Part shown: positions 32,399 through 41,646 of the stretch, one piece after another
How the letters are laid out: each line of letters starts with the position of its first letter
Position numbering within the stretch: the stretch's first letter is position 1
Assembly: GCA_964611755.1 (NCBI GenBank)
Contig: CAZTBB010000007.1
Span: 490-64,489 of the forward strand
Direction of reading: 5' to 3'
DNA length: 64,000 nucleotides
From: an uncultured Pseudobdellovibrionaceae bacterium
GTDB taxonomy: Bacteria > Pseudomonadota > Alphaproteobacteria > Micavibrionales > Micavibrionaceae
Notes under the pieces: model-generated
What the model was told of the DNA's origin: nothing
What the model saw: only the letters and a program-made list of their open reading frames with translations
The model's database searches: none
Program-made: the position numbers and the translations under genes

Positions 32399-33355
32399 TT
32401 AAATCGTGTAGGTGTGCCCTTCGCCTTCCACCTCAATCACATGTTTCATGATGCGCTGCCATTTTTTCTCATCTATCAGAGCATTTTTGTTAAGACCGGC
32501 TTCGCGGCCTACCATGTGATAGATGGATTCGAGCTGAAGTTCATTGCCGGTGCCATGATCTTTGACATGATGTGCCATGGCGCTATCCAGTGTGATAATT
32601 GATTTATCAGGCTGGTTACGCTTTCGCATATGTTCATCGGTCAGATAGACAATCAGCATGAGCGCATTGTTGGAAACGCTGACTTTGTGGTGTTTTTCCA
32701 TGTCAGGGCGCAATGATTTTAAAATACGATATGTTTCTTCGGTATTGGGAACTTTGAGGAATACTTTTTGAAAACGCCTGTCCAGCGCGGCATCGGGCGC
32801 TACATATTCGCGGAATTCATCCATAGTCGTCGCGCCGATGATCATAAGATCACCCGCCGTCAGATAGGGTTTCATCACATCAGATAGGCCGGCATAGGAT
32901 GATCCAACGCACGACGGCATGATTTGATGAATTTCATCGATGAATAAAATTGTGCGAGGCTGATCGGGGTTATGGAACCTCTCAGCAACACCCTTACATA
33001 GAGGGATAAAGCGCTCTTGAAACTCGGCAGGCCCGGATGTTCCAGCAGCCATGCGCGCGAGATCCACTTCTAAAAGCCGTGCATCTTTGAGATAATCCGG
33101 CACGTCATCGGCGGCAATTTTTTGTGCCAAAGCCACAGCCATGGCGGTCTTACCTACACCGGCAGGAGCCAAAAGCACCGTATTTTTGCGGCCCTTTTGC
33201 AACAGAATGAGGATCATTTCATCCAATTCTTCATCACGGCCGGTGATCGGGCTATAACGCCCTTGTTTAGCCAGAGCCGTATAATCAGTGCAGTATTTCC
33301 TGAAAAGCTCTTCCAGCTCTTCATTCGTGACCGTATATTGCCATTGCTCACTCAT
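32399..33355 (-). CDS. Stand-alone Clp/Hsp100 D1-type AAA+ ATPase (no N-domain, no D2)
   Basis: 318 aa. 'ITGRDEELDEMILILLQKGRKNTVLLAPAGVGKTAMAVALAQKIA', Walker B 'ILFIDEIHQI', 'ALDRRFQKV'. Confidence 0.8.
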   Translation of the reverse strand: MSEQWQYTVTNEELEELFRKYCTDYTALAKQGRYSPITGRDEELDEMILILLQKGRKNTVLLAPAGVGKTAMAVALAQKIAADDVPDYLKDARLLEVDLARMAAGTSGPAEFQERFIPLCKGVAERFHNPDQPRTILFIDEIHQIMPSCVGSSYAGLSDVMKPYLTAGDLMIIGATTMDEFREYVAPDAALDRRFQKVFLKVPNTEETYRILKSLRPDMEKHHKVSVSNNALMLIVYLTDEHMRKRNQPDKSIITLDSAMAHHVKDHGTGNELQLESIYHMVGREAGLNKNALIDEKKWQRIMKHVIEVEGEGHTYTI

Positions 33356-33473
33356 TGTTTTACCGCTTCATTTATTAAAAATATCGTGTGAATACACAAG
33401 TTTGAACCCTTAGTGTAAGGTGAGAAAGTTAATGAAACCTTATGCTTAAAGTATGTTTTTGCACTAATTTTGC

Positions 33474-34391
33474 TTAATCGCTTACAAAATTGGCTTCATG
33501 GATGCCCATGGCGAAGAGCATACAGGTCAAATCGCCGAAAATAATACAGTTATCAACACTCTCCCTGACAATTTCTTTGGCCTTATATCCCATGCCAAGG
33601 CCTGCGCGTTTGAGCATTTCCAGATCATTTGCGCCATCGCCAATCGCGGCGGCATGCTCGGGCTTTAATCTGTTCTGGTTAAGATGTGTTTGTAGATGTT
33701 CTACTTTCGAGAATTTATCCTGAATGGGTTCCAGCACATTGCCCGTAAAAATTCCGTGCTCGATTTCGATCATATTACCGTAATGATGGTCAAAGCCGCA
33801 CATTTCCGCCACCGCACGGGTAAAATATGTGAATCCGCCAGAGACCAGAATCGTTTTGGTGCCTTGCGCTTTCAGGGTACGAATAAGTGTTTTAGCACCG
33901 GGATTGAGCTGGACCTCTTGCATGGCTTGTTCAAAGAGGGTTTCTTTTTGACCCTTTAGAAGAGCCACGCGGGCGCGCAGCGCGGAATGGAAATCAATTT
34001 CTCCCGCCATCGCGCGTTTAGTGATTTCTTTGACCTCGCCGCCAATGCCGGCCAGATCGGCAACATCATCCAATGTTTCGCCGGACACGATCGTGCTATC
34101 CATATCGGCGAGCAATAATTTTTTAACACGGCGATCAATCGTAACAATGAAGCTATCTATTTCCAGAGTTTCACAATAATGCCGGATGGATTGCATGATT
34201 TGCGCAGAAGGCTTTTCGGATAGACCCAGATCAATGGCTTTTTCAGGCGAAAGCCAGATCGGCGCACATGTTAGAGCAATTTTTTCCTGAGCAAGCATCT
34301 CTTTGATGCGTGCCAAAGTCGTGTCATTGAGGGGAAATTCTTCCCGTGATGATACTAAGGTTAAAACGTAACTCATATCGGTGGTTCTCAA
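33474..34391 (-). CDS. serB: Phosphoserine phosphatase SerB
   Basis: HAD motifs '[11 protein letters not shown]', 'ILVSGGF', '[12 protein letters not shown]'. The start may be the ATG at 34376 (MSYVLTLV). Confidence 0.9.
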   Translation of the reverse strand: MRTTDMSYVLTLVSSREEFPLNDTTLARIKEMLAQEKIALTCAPIWLSPEKAIDLGLSEKPSAQIMQSIRHYCETLEIDSFIVTIDRRVKKLLLADMDSTIVSGETLDDVADLAGIGGEVKEITKRAMAGEIDFHSALRARVALLKGQKETLFEQAMQEVQLNPGAKTLIRTLKAQGTKTILVSGGFTYFTRAVAEMCGFDHHYGNMIEIEHGIFTGNVLEPIQDKFSKVEHLQTHLNQNRLKPEHAAAIGDGANDLEMLKRAGLGMGYKAKEIVRESVDNCIIFGDLTCMLFAMGIHEANFVSD

Positions 34392-34492
34392 ATTTTTTTA
34401 TCTCAGCATCAAAAAACGCTGGACATCAGTTTGACAGGAAGTTTTTATCAAGCAAAGAGTTTTTAACATTCATAAAGCGGAAAACAATTATA

Positions 34493-35674
34493 ATGAGCAC
34501 TGAAACAAAACCTTCTGTGAAACCCAAGAACCCCTGTTTTTCATCGGGGCCATGTTCAAAGCGCCCTGGTTGGTCGCTTGAAAATCTGGCAACAGCGCAG
34601 CTTGGGCGCTCGCACCGTGCCGGCCCGCTCAAGGCAAAGCTAAAGGATGTGATCGAGAAACAACGCGTATTGCTTGGTATTCCGGCCGATTATAAAGTCG
34701 GCATCGTGCCGGCATCTGATACAGGCGCGTTTGAAATGGCGATGTGGAGCATGCTCGGCGCACGCGGCGTGGACGTTTTTGCATGGGAGAGTTTCTCATC
34801 CGATTGGTTGAAGGACATTACAGGCCAATTGAAATTAGAGGATGTAAAAACCTATGAAGCGCCTTATGGCGGCCTTCCAGACCTCAGCCAGGCGGATGGC
34901 GCACGTGATAGCGTATTTGTCTGGAATGGAACCACATCAGGCGTGCGCGTCCCCAATGGGGATTGGATCGATGCAGATCGTGAAGGGATTACATTGTGTG
35001 ATGCGACCTCGGCTGTCTTTGCCTATGACTTGCCGTGGGACAAGCTCGATGTCACCACATGGAGCTGGCAGAAAGTTCTGGGCGGGGAGGCCGCACATGG
35101 CATGATTGTCCTCAGCCCTCGCGCGGTTGAGCGTTTGGAAAGCTATGAGCCGGATCGTCCTTTGCCAAAAATTTTCCGTATGACCAAAGGCGGTAAATTG
35201 AATGAGGGTATTTTTGTCGGGGAGACAATTAATACGCCGTCCATGTTGGCGGTGGAAGATTGCCTTGATGCGCTGAATTGGGTTGAGAATATCGGCGGCT
35301 TGCGCACAACGATTGCGCGCTCGGAAGAGAATTCCAAAGTCATCGAAGCCTTTGTTGAAAAAGCGGATTGGGCCGCATTTTTGGCCGAGACGCCGGAGAC
35401 ACGCTCGACAACATCTGTATGTCTGAAGGTTGTTGATCCATGGTTTGAGGCCCTTGCCGATGATGACAAGCTTCCATTTGTGAAGGGCATGGTCAAACTG
35501 CTGGATAATGAAGAGGTGGCCTATGATATTGCCTCTTACCGCGCCGCGCCTGCCGGCCTTCGTATTTGGTGCGGGGCCACAGTGCAAGCCAGCGATGTCG
35601 AAGCCCTTATGCCATGGCTGGACTGGGCGTATCAAAGCGCCAAAGCCGAGGAAGAACGTAAAGCGGCGGCTTAA
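34493..35674 (+). CDS. serC: Phosphoserine aminotransferase SerC
   Basis: '[17 protein letters not shown]', '[26 protein letters not shown]'. Start at ATG 34493 (MSTETKP) inside the longer ORF. Confidence 0.9.
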   Translation: MSTETKPSVKPKNPCFSSGPCSKRPGWSLENLATAQLGRSHRAGPLKAKLKDVIEKQRVLLGIPADYKVGIVPASDTGAFEMAMWSMLGARGVDVFAWESFSSDWLKDITGQLKLEDVKTYEAPYGGLPDLSQADGARDSVFVWNGTTSGVRVPNGDWIDADREGITLCDATSAVFAYDLPWDKLDVTTWSWQKVLGGEAAHGMIVLSPRAVERLESYEPDRPLPKIFRMTKGGKLNEGIFVGETINTPSMLAVEDCLDALNWVENIGGLRTTIARSEENSKVIEAFVEKADWAAFLAETPETRSTTSVCLKVVDPWFEALADDDKLPFVKGMVKLLDNEEVAYDIASYRAAPAGLRIWCGATVQASDVEALMPWLDWAYQSAKAEEERKAAA

Positions 35675-36537
35675 GGCTCTTTCCAGAAAAAATTCTGGGC
35701 GTATTCTTCTCGAGTAAGCTCGGGATATTCAAGTCCCAAAAGGTCGTAAATTTGCTCTGCGCTCATAACTTTACGTTTGAGAAGTTCTTCGGCGAGCAGC
35801 TCCAGCTTATCGTAGTTTTCTTCGAAAAAGGCACGTGCTTTTTTCTCGGCCTCTTGAATAAAGGCTTTTATGGATTCATTCCAAAAGCGGTCATTTTCTT
35901 TTTCTAAAAGGCCACGCAAAAGGAACTCTTCAAGGCTTTTTGATTCCAGTGCCCTATTGGCAAGCCCCCCCTTAAAAAGGTGATTATGGCCATCAAAATA
36001 CTCAAGTATTTCTTTTGCAGTCAAATTAGCGTGGAAGTAGTCATTGCCGTACCCTGCCCCATCGCCTTTTTTAAATAGGCCCTCGGCGATGCGTCCTGAA
36101 ACAAGGCACATAATACCGTTTAAAAGCTCTTCTTTACTGAGCTCTTCGTTTTCGGGAAGATCATAGAAACTGACATGGGCATTCTTTTCCGTTGGGCTTC
36201 CTATGATCGTTGCATATTGTATTTTTCTGCCCGCCGGAAAGTAAATCGCGGAGAGGGTATGGCCAGCTTCGTGATAGGCCGTTTCTCTAAGAGAAAGGCG
36301 CTTATTAATTTGTAACGCTGTTATAAAGGCGCCTATGGCAATCAGCCAGTCGAGATCAAAATTTTGGTATATATTCGATATCCCTTCAGCAGCCTGATCT
36401 TTGTTTGGATCAGCACCCGATTCACCAAAATAATCCGATAGGCTATCTTTACCATCATTAAGTGCTGCAACACTCAGCCCTAAAGCTGAGGCCATGATAC
36501 CTGTTTTGATTATATCCCTCATGGTTTCCACCCACAT
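35671..36537 (-). CDS. Membrane-anchored FtsH-type (M41) zinc metallopeptidase domain protein lacking an AAA module
   Basis: 288 aa. Two hydrophobic segments, then '[15 protein letters not shown]' (HEXXH) and '[10 protein letters not shown]', which parallel FtsH 'TAYHEAGHA' and 'GGRxAEE'. Confidence 0.8.
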   Translation of the reverse strand: MWVETMRDIIKTGIMASALGLSVAALNDGKDSLSDYFGESGADPNKDQAAEGISNIYQNFDLDWLIAIGAFITALQINKRLSLRETAYHEAGHTLSAIYFPAGRKIQYATIIGSPTEKNAHVSFYDLPENEELSKEELLNGIMCLVSGRIAEGLFKKGDGAGYGNDYFHANLTAKEILEYFDGHNHLFKGGLANRALESKSLEEFLLRGLLEKENDRFWNESIKAFIQEAEKKARAFFEENYDKLELLAEELLKRKVMSAEQIYDLLGLEYPELTREEYAQNFFWKEP

Positions 36538-36664
36538 TTATAAAGAGGCGAACACTAATCAAGGCACATAAATATGTCAAATAAATTATTTACTTTACAA
36601 GATTGCTGCATGTGCTCAGTATGGGGGTCTGTTTGCCTAAACAAGACAAAAATAGGAGTACAAA

Positions 36665-38248
36665 ATGTCTGCACCAAAGGTTCTTATCAGTGATAAGATC
36701 GATCCGCTTGCGATCGAAATTTTCAAAGCAAATAATATTGACGTTGATTATAAGCCGGGCCTCTCCCCTGAGGAGCTGGCCGATATCATTGGCGACTATC
36801 AAGGCTTGGCAATTCGCTCGGCTACGACTGTTACACCGGAGATCATAGCCGCCGCAAAGAATATGAAGGTGATTGGCCGTGCCGGTATCGGGGTTGATAA
36901 TATCGATATCCCGAAAGCCACCGAAGCCGGTATCATCGTGATGAATACGCCATTCGGTAATTCCATTACAACGGCCGAGCATGCGATTGCGATGATGTTT
37001 GCCTTGGCGCGCCAAATCCCCGAAGCCAGCACGAGCACACATGAGGGCAAATGGGAAAAGAGCAAATTCAAAGGGGTTGAGCTATATAACAAAACGCTTG
37101 GTTTAATTGGTTGCGGAAATATCGGATCGATCGTTGCGGATCGTGCGGTTGGCCTCAAGATGAATGTCTTGGCCTTTGACCCGTTCTTGACCGAAGAGCG
37201 CGCAGTGGAACTTGGTGTTGAGAAAGTGGAGCTTGATAAGCTCTTTGAGAAATCCGATTTCATTACATTGCATGTGCCAAAGAATGACAAAACCGTTGGT
37301 ATCATTAACAAAGACAGCATAGCGAAAATGAAGGACGGCGTACGCATCATTAATTGCGCGCGCGGTGGATTGATTGTGGAAGCGGATCTCAAAGACGCGC
37401 TGGATAGTGGTAAGGTCGCCGGCGCTGCGCTTGATGTATTTGAGGTAGAGCCAGCCAAGGAAAATATCCTCTTTGGGCATCCTAATCTTGTTTGCACGCC
37501 GCATTTGGGTGCAGCTACGGTGGAGGCACAAGTGAATGTTGCCATGCAGGTCGCAGAGCAGATTAGCGCCTATCTAAATACCGGCGCGGTTGAGAACGCG
37601 CTTAATATGCCATCGATTTCGGCCGAGGATGCTCCGCGTTTGAAGCCGTATTTAAAGCTGGCGGAACAGCTCGGCAGCTTTGCAGGACAAATTTCGGAAA
37701 GTGCCATAAAAGGCATTGAGATTGAATATGAGGGCACAATCACCGAAGTGAATACGGATCCGATTACATCGGTTTTGATTGCCAATCTATTGGGCGAGCA
37801 AATGGATAGTGTGAATATGGTCAATGCGATGCAGGTCGCCGAAGCCAGAGGCATTACCTTAAAGCAGAGCTATGATAATAAATCGGATCAATGGCGCTCG
37901 ATGATTAATGTGATTGTCAAAACAGAAGAGCGTGAGCGCAATGTGACGGGCACTTTGTTTACAGGCAAGGAGCCACGTATCGTGGACATAGAAGGCGTAC
38001 CGATCGAGGTTGCTTTGCGCCCGAATATGGTCTTTATCCGTAATGATGACCAGCCGGGCATGATCGGTGATCTGGGAACCTTGCTCGGTGAAGCGGGACT
38101 CAATATTGCTGATTTCCGTTTGGGCCGCAAAGACGAGACATCCGGCGCGATTTGTATCGTGGCTTTGGATGCCCCTGTGAATGATGAGGTGTTTGAAAAG
38201 ATTGCCTCTCAAAAACAAGTGCGCAGCGTTAAACGGTTAAATTTTTAA
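36665..38248 (+). CDS. serA: D-3-phosphoglycerate dehydrogenase SerA (long form with ACT domain)
   Basis: 527 aa. NAD motif 'GLIGCGNIGSIVA', 'RIINCARGG', 'CTPHLGAAT', C-terminal ACT-like region. Confidence 0.97.
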   Translation: MSAPKVLISDKIDPLAIEIFKANNIDVDYKPGLSPEELADIIGDYQGLAIRSATTVTPEIIAAAKNMKVIGRAGIGVDNIDIPKATEAGIIVMNTPFGNSITTAEHAIAMMFALARQIPEASTSTHEGKWEKSKFKGVELYNKTLGLIGCGNIGSIVADRAVGLKMNVLAFDPFLTEERAVELGVEKVELDKLFEKSDFITLHVPKNDKTVGIINKDSIAKMKDGVRIINCARGGLIVEADLKDALDSGKVAGAALDVFEVEPAKENILFGHPNLVCTPHLGAATVEAQVNVAMQVAEQISAYLNTGAVENALNMPSISAEDAPRLKPYLKLAEQLGSFAGQISESAIKGIEIEYEGTITEVNTDPITSVLIANLLGEQMDSVNMVNAMQVAEARGITLKQSYDNKSDQWRSMINVIVKTEERERNVTGTLFTGKEPRIVDIEGVPIEVALRPNMVFIRNDDQPGMIGDLGTLLGEAGLNIADFRLGRKDETSGAICIVALDAPVNDEVFEKIASQKQVRSVKRLNF

Positions 38249-38281
38249 AGCTATATTTTAGATTAAATAATTATATAAAAA

Positions 38282-38311
38282 GCGCCGAAATGAAAATTCC
38301 GGCGTTTTTTC
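38282..38311 (+). terminator. Intrinsic terminator after serA
   Basis: gcgccgaaa-tgaaaa-ttccggcg hairpin followed by TTTTTT. Confidence 0.6.
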
Positions 38312-38382
38312 TTGCGCCCAACAAAAATATTATGGTAATCAAACAGTCTCAATTATGACAATAAATAAAAAAGAGATAAAGA

Positions 38383-39027
38383 ATGAGTGAAGCCGTAAGC
38401 AACCTTGAGAGGTTTAAAGAAGCCAAAGACAAAGGATTTTCAAATGAATTTGCCGCGCGTGTTGCCAATGGCGAGGGCCGTGCATTAATGGCGGATATGG
38501 TGGCGCAGATGGATAACGTCACTTTTCTACATTACATCAATCATAACGCTAGTATTCAGCTTGGCGATGAAATGGATGCGCAGTGTTTGGTTTATGTTCT
38601 TTTAGAGGGCTGTGCGGCGGAGCATCTGGACGCCAGAACAATCAACGAAGCCATCGCATGTCTGATGTTGAATGCCAGCCTTCATCCGGAGGAAACCCAC
38701 AGCCATTTGATAACGCAAGAGGTTATTACCGAGGCTATGGAGTTATCGACCAAAAATCCATCCTGTCAAAATCACGCATTTTGGGCAAAGCTAACATCAA
38801 AAATTTATATGAATGAGCAAGGCCATGGAGCAATCAGACATCACGACCAGGATGATCTTCAAATGGCGGTTTTGCGCTTATTGGATAATCCGGCGATTGA
38901 TGAAAAATATCCATTTTGGCAAAGCTATACGAAGTCATTAGCCGATCAGGGGCGCATTTTTCTCTCAGGCCCGGCGTTATCAAAGCTGAATGCCGGCGAT
39001 GCACATGCTCCTTCAACTGGTTTTTAA
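38383..39027 (+). CDS. Hypothetical protein, tandem paralog A of an unrecognised family
   Basis: 214 aa. Shares 'FK.A..KGFS', 'NPSCQNHAFWA' and 'KYPFWQ' blocks with the next ORF. Confidence 0.7.
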   Translation: MSEAVSNLERFKEAKDKGFSNEFAARVANGEGRALMADMVAQMDNVTFLHYINHNASIQLGDEMDAQCLVYVLLEGCAAEHLDARTINEAIACLMLNASLHPEETHSHLITQEVITEAMELSTKNPSCQNHAFWAKLTSKIYMNEQGHGAIRHHDQDDLQMAVLRLLDNPAIDEKYPFWQSYTKSLADQGRIFLSGPALSKLNAGDAHAPSTGF

Positions 39028-39044
39028 GCGGTAGGTAACGATAT

Positions 39045-39677
39045 ATGGCTGGCAAAGTCACATCACTTAATCAATTTAAACGAGCACGAGAAAAAGGTTT
39101 CTCAACATCTGAAGCGAGTGAATTGGCCTCGGGTGCTGGTTCGCGCGAAGTCTTTGCTGCCAAGATCGCAGGTATGGGCGATGGTGAAGTTATTTATGAT
39201 TTGAATCACAATATTGATATGTTTGAGTATGACCGTGATCAAGCTCTTGATTTTATTATTTACCTACAAGAAATTATTCGCGCCCCGCATTTTGATGTGA
39301 ACACCATCATACAGACAATGAGCTGTCTTTTGGTTAGTTCAATGGATATTTCGAGTTTTCCTCATTCTGATTTGATTTCACATGACGTGCTTCTAGAAAC
39401 CATGCATATAGCGATTCAAAACCCATCCTGTCAAAATCACGCATTTTGGGCGTTCTTGACGCGCTCTATAGCCCAGCTTGAGGGTAAAGTCTCGCGCGGC
39501 GGAGATGTTTTAGAAGCAGCAAGCCTTGAGTTACTGAAGAATGGCGAAATGATTGGAAAATACCCGTTTTGGCAACAATGGACTGAGAAATTATTGCAAG
39601 AAGGTTCAATTTCAATCACAGCACGTGTCAAAAACCAAATGGGTTATCAGGCGTGGCAGCCGCCCGAACATAATTAG
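39045..39677 (+). CDS. Hypothetical protein, tandem paralog B
   Basis: 210 aa, 17 nt after paralog A. Has the same three conserved blocks. Confidence 0.7.
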   Translation: MAGKVTSLNQFKRAREKGFSTSEASELASGAGSREVFAAKIAGMGDGEVIYDLNHNIDMFEYDRDQALDFIIYLQEIIRAPHFDVNTIIQTMSCLLVSSMDISSFPHSDLISHDVLLETMHIAIQNPSCQNHAFWAFLTRSIAQLEGKVSRGGDVLEAASLELLKNGEMIGKYPFWQQWTEKLLQEGSISITARVKNQMGYQAWQPPEHN

Positions 39678-39691
39678 GTGAGAAATAAGTT

Positions 39692-40387
39692 ATGAGTGAT
39701 AAGAAAGTTGTAGATTTGGGTACAGTCAGGACCAATATCAATGAAGGTAAATCTCTGAGCGATGCGCTTACGCTAGCACAAATGAGCGCGGCTGAACGTA
39801 AAGAGGAAGAAAGAAGCAGGTTATTGGTCGAGGTTCAGCAATATTCCAAAGACGATGTAGATCAGTTATTGAGCGAAATTATTACTATTATCCGAGATCC
39901 TAGCTTGAGAGATCAGAATGCTAATATTCGCAATCTCGGTATTTTCTTAACTCTAATGTCTTCTAATCCCAATCTTGATGCAGATTTGATGCAAGGCATT
40001 GTGAATGCATCTTTTGGACTGTTTGGAATAGCTAATAATATAAATAATAAGGGACAATCAGCGTATAGTTTGATTGATCTTCATGAGACATTGGCAGAGA
40101 TTGCAAAACAGCCCTCGGCTCAAAATTTACAGGTTTGGAAAGAAATTACTATTCTGACTTATATGCTAACATTCGGTCAGGATGCACAAAATATTAGTAA
40201 CACGAATGAAGATCAGCTCATTGACCAAGCATCGGTTATATTTCTTCACCAAGGCAATATGTTTTTTCCTAAATGGAAGGATTATACGCGTTCAATCAAT
40301 AATAAGCATAAAATAGACATGCCCATTATTGTGCAAGAGCATTTCGGAGCCTCCGGGTGGGGCCGCATCGATTTAGATAGATTCTAG
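39692..40387 (+). CDS. Hypothetical protein, divergent tandem paralog C
   Basis: 231 aa, 14 nt after paralog B. Weaker equivalents 'QPSAQNLQVWK' and 'FFPKWKDYTRSI' at matching positions. Confidence 0.62.
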   Translation: MSDKKVVDLGTVRTNINEGKSLSDALTLAQMSAAERKEEERSRLLVEVQQYSKDDVDQLLSEIITIIRDPSLRDQNANIRNLGIFLTLMSSNPNLDADLMQGIVNASFGLFGIANNINNKGQSAYSLIDLHETLAEIAKQPSAQNLQVWKEITILTYMLTFGQDAQNISNTNEDQLIDQASVIFLHQGNMFFPKWKDYTRSINNKHKIDMPIIVQEHFGASGWGRIDLDRF

Positions 40388-40395
40388 GGTAAGCG

Positions 40396-40896
40396 CTATT
40401 TTTTAGAGGCAAAATAGCGTTTACAGGCGTCTTTAAGCTCTTGTTCCATTTGGCGGCCATAATCCCCGCCATCGCCCTTCATCTTGTTATTTACAATCGC
40501 AGTCAGAGTCGTGTGGTGCGCCGCAACAATTTCAATGGCATTTTTGTCCATTTCTTTAATGCCTTCGAGGAAACTCAGCATGATATTGGCTAAATTACCG
40601 ATCAAATCATAGTTAAATGTACCGGCATTCGCCTTTAATTGCATGACCGGGCCGGTCATTTCGGCAATCATTTCGTCCATGGATTGTTCACCGCCGCGGG
40701 CGTGTTCTACGGCTTGTTGTAATTTATCGAGAAATTCTTTGGCAAGGGGGGCAAAATCAACGGTATTTTCGTCCATAACCTTTTGAGCTTGTTCAACAAT
40801 TTCAGCATCAATAGGCCCGGATCCAATCTTAGATTGAAGCATATAATTGGCTTTATAGACTTTGGATTCACCACTTGCAGACATTCTTAACTCCAT
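40396..40896 (-). CDS. HPt-like four-helix protein lacking the phospho-accepting His (putative)
   Basis: 166-aa helical ORF directly downstream of the response regulator. 'MQLKANAGTFNYDLIGNLANIMLSFLE' resembles the HPt 'HxLKGsAxxlG...lE' but has Met at the His position. The start may be ATG 40884. Confidence 0.45.
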   Translation of the reverse strand: MELRMSASGESKVYKANYMLQSKIGSGPIDAEIVEQAQKVMDENTVDFAPLAKEFLDKLQQAVEHARGGEQSMDEMIAEMTGPVMQLKANAGTFNYDLIGNLANIMLSFLEGIKEMDKNAIEIVAAHHTTLTAIVNNKMKGDGGDYGRQMEQELKDACKRYFASKK

Positions 40897-40995
40897 CCCA
40901 CCTTACACATACATTAATTTTAACAGAGAATGTATCAAATTTATATTAAATCATACCATTTAAAAGATTAATTTTTGATGAGGTTTTCCCCGCAT

Positions 40996-41487
40996 TTAAA
41001 CGTCATCTTCGCGCCTGAACGGGCCTTTATAGTTATCAATTTTACGACGACGGCGATCGGGGCCGAAAAAGTCTTTTGTTTCGATGTAATCTCTAGGTTT
41101 ATTAATGACATAGGCGATGCGACGCGCCATATCGTTCGCCGAGAAAGGTTTGACCAGAAATTCGGTTACACCCGCATCACGCGCTTCGGAAACGCGCGGC
41201 AGAGCGCTATAGCCGGTCATCATGATGATTGGTACCATTCTGTTGGGTGATTCCGAGCTCCAACGGATTTTTCTGACCAAATCCATGCCGCTCGTCTCCG
41301 GCATATGCCAATCGGCAATCACAATGTCCGGATTATACTTGCAAAAGGCTTCAAATCCCTCTTCGCCGTCCTGTGCTGTGTATACTTCACCAATACCAAG
41401 CGTATCGAAGATCGAGCTCACCAATTTTAGCATCGGAACAGTGTCTTCAACGACTAAAATTGACAATCTTTCAAATTTAAAAGCCAT
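40996..41487 (-). CDS. Single-domain CheY-like response regulator with Arg-rich C-terminal extension
   Basis: 163 aa. Receiver residues 'VVEDT', 'IVIADWHMP' (D59), 'MMTGY', 'LVKPF'. Tail 'FFGPDRRRRKIDNYKGPFRRE'. Confidence 0.9.
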   Translation of the reverse strand: MAFKFERLSILVVEDTVPMLKLVSSIFDTLGIGEVYTAQDGEEGFEAFCKYNPDIVIADWHMPETSGMDLVRKIRWSSESPNRMVPIIMMTGYSALPRVSEARDAGVTEFLVKPFSANDMARRIAYVINKPRDYIETKDFFGPDRRRRKIDNYKGPFRREDDV

Positions 41488-41646
41488 AGATAACCATTAT
41501 AAAACAAAAGTATAATAAAAAAACGAAATAATAATACGCCATTTTGGACTTATTTTATAGAGCATAGGCTCAAAACAGTCCATCATTTGATTGTGCATTA
41601 ATAAAGAGAAAAACCCTAAAAACCCACCAATCTTTTTTCATAACTC

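Noticed and set aside
36799-37545. 248-aa minus-strand ORF within serA (similar cases: 34937-35635 in serC, 9674-10330 in hslU, 22356-23021 in leuS, 56667-57188 in the SDR gene)
   Set aside because: All are antisense shadows of strongly supported genes and have no motifs of their own.
40975-41515. Plus-strand ORFs 40975-41250 and 41222-41515 opposite the response-regulator gene
   Set aside because: They are antisense to a receiver domain that has all its canonical residues, and they have no motifs.
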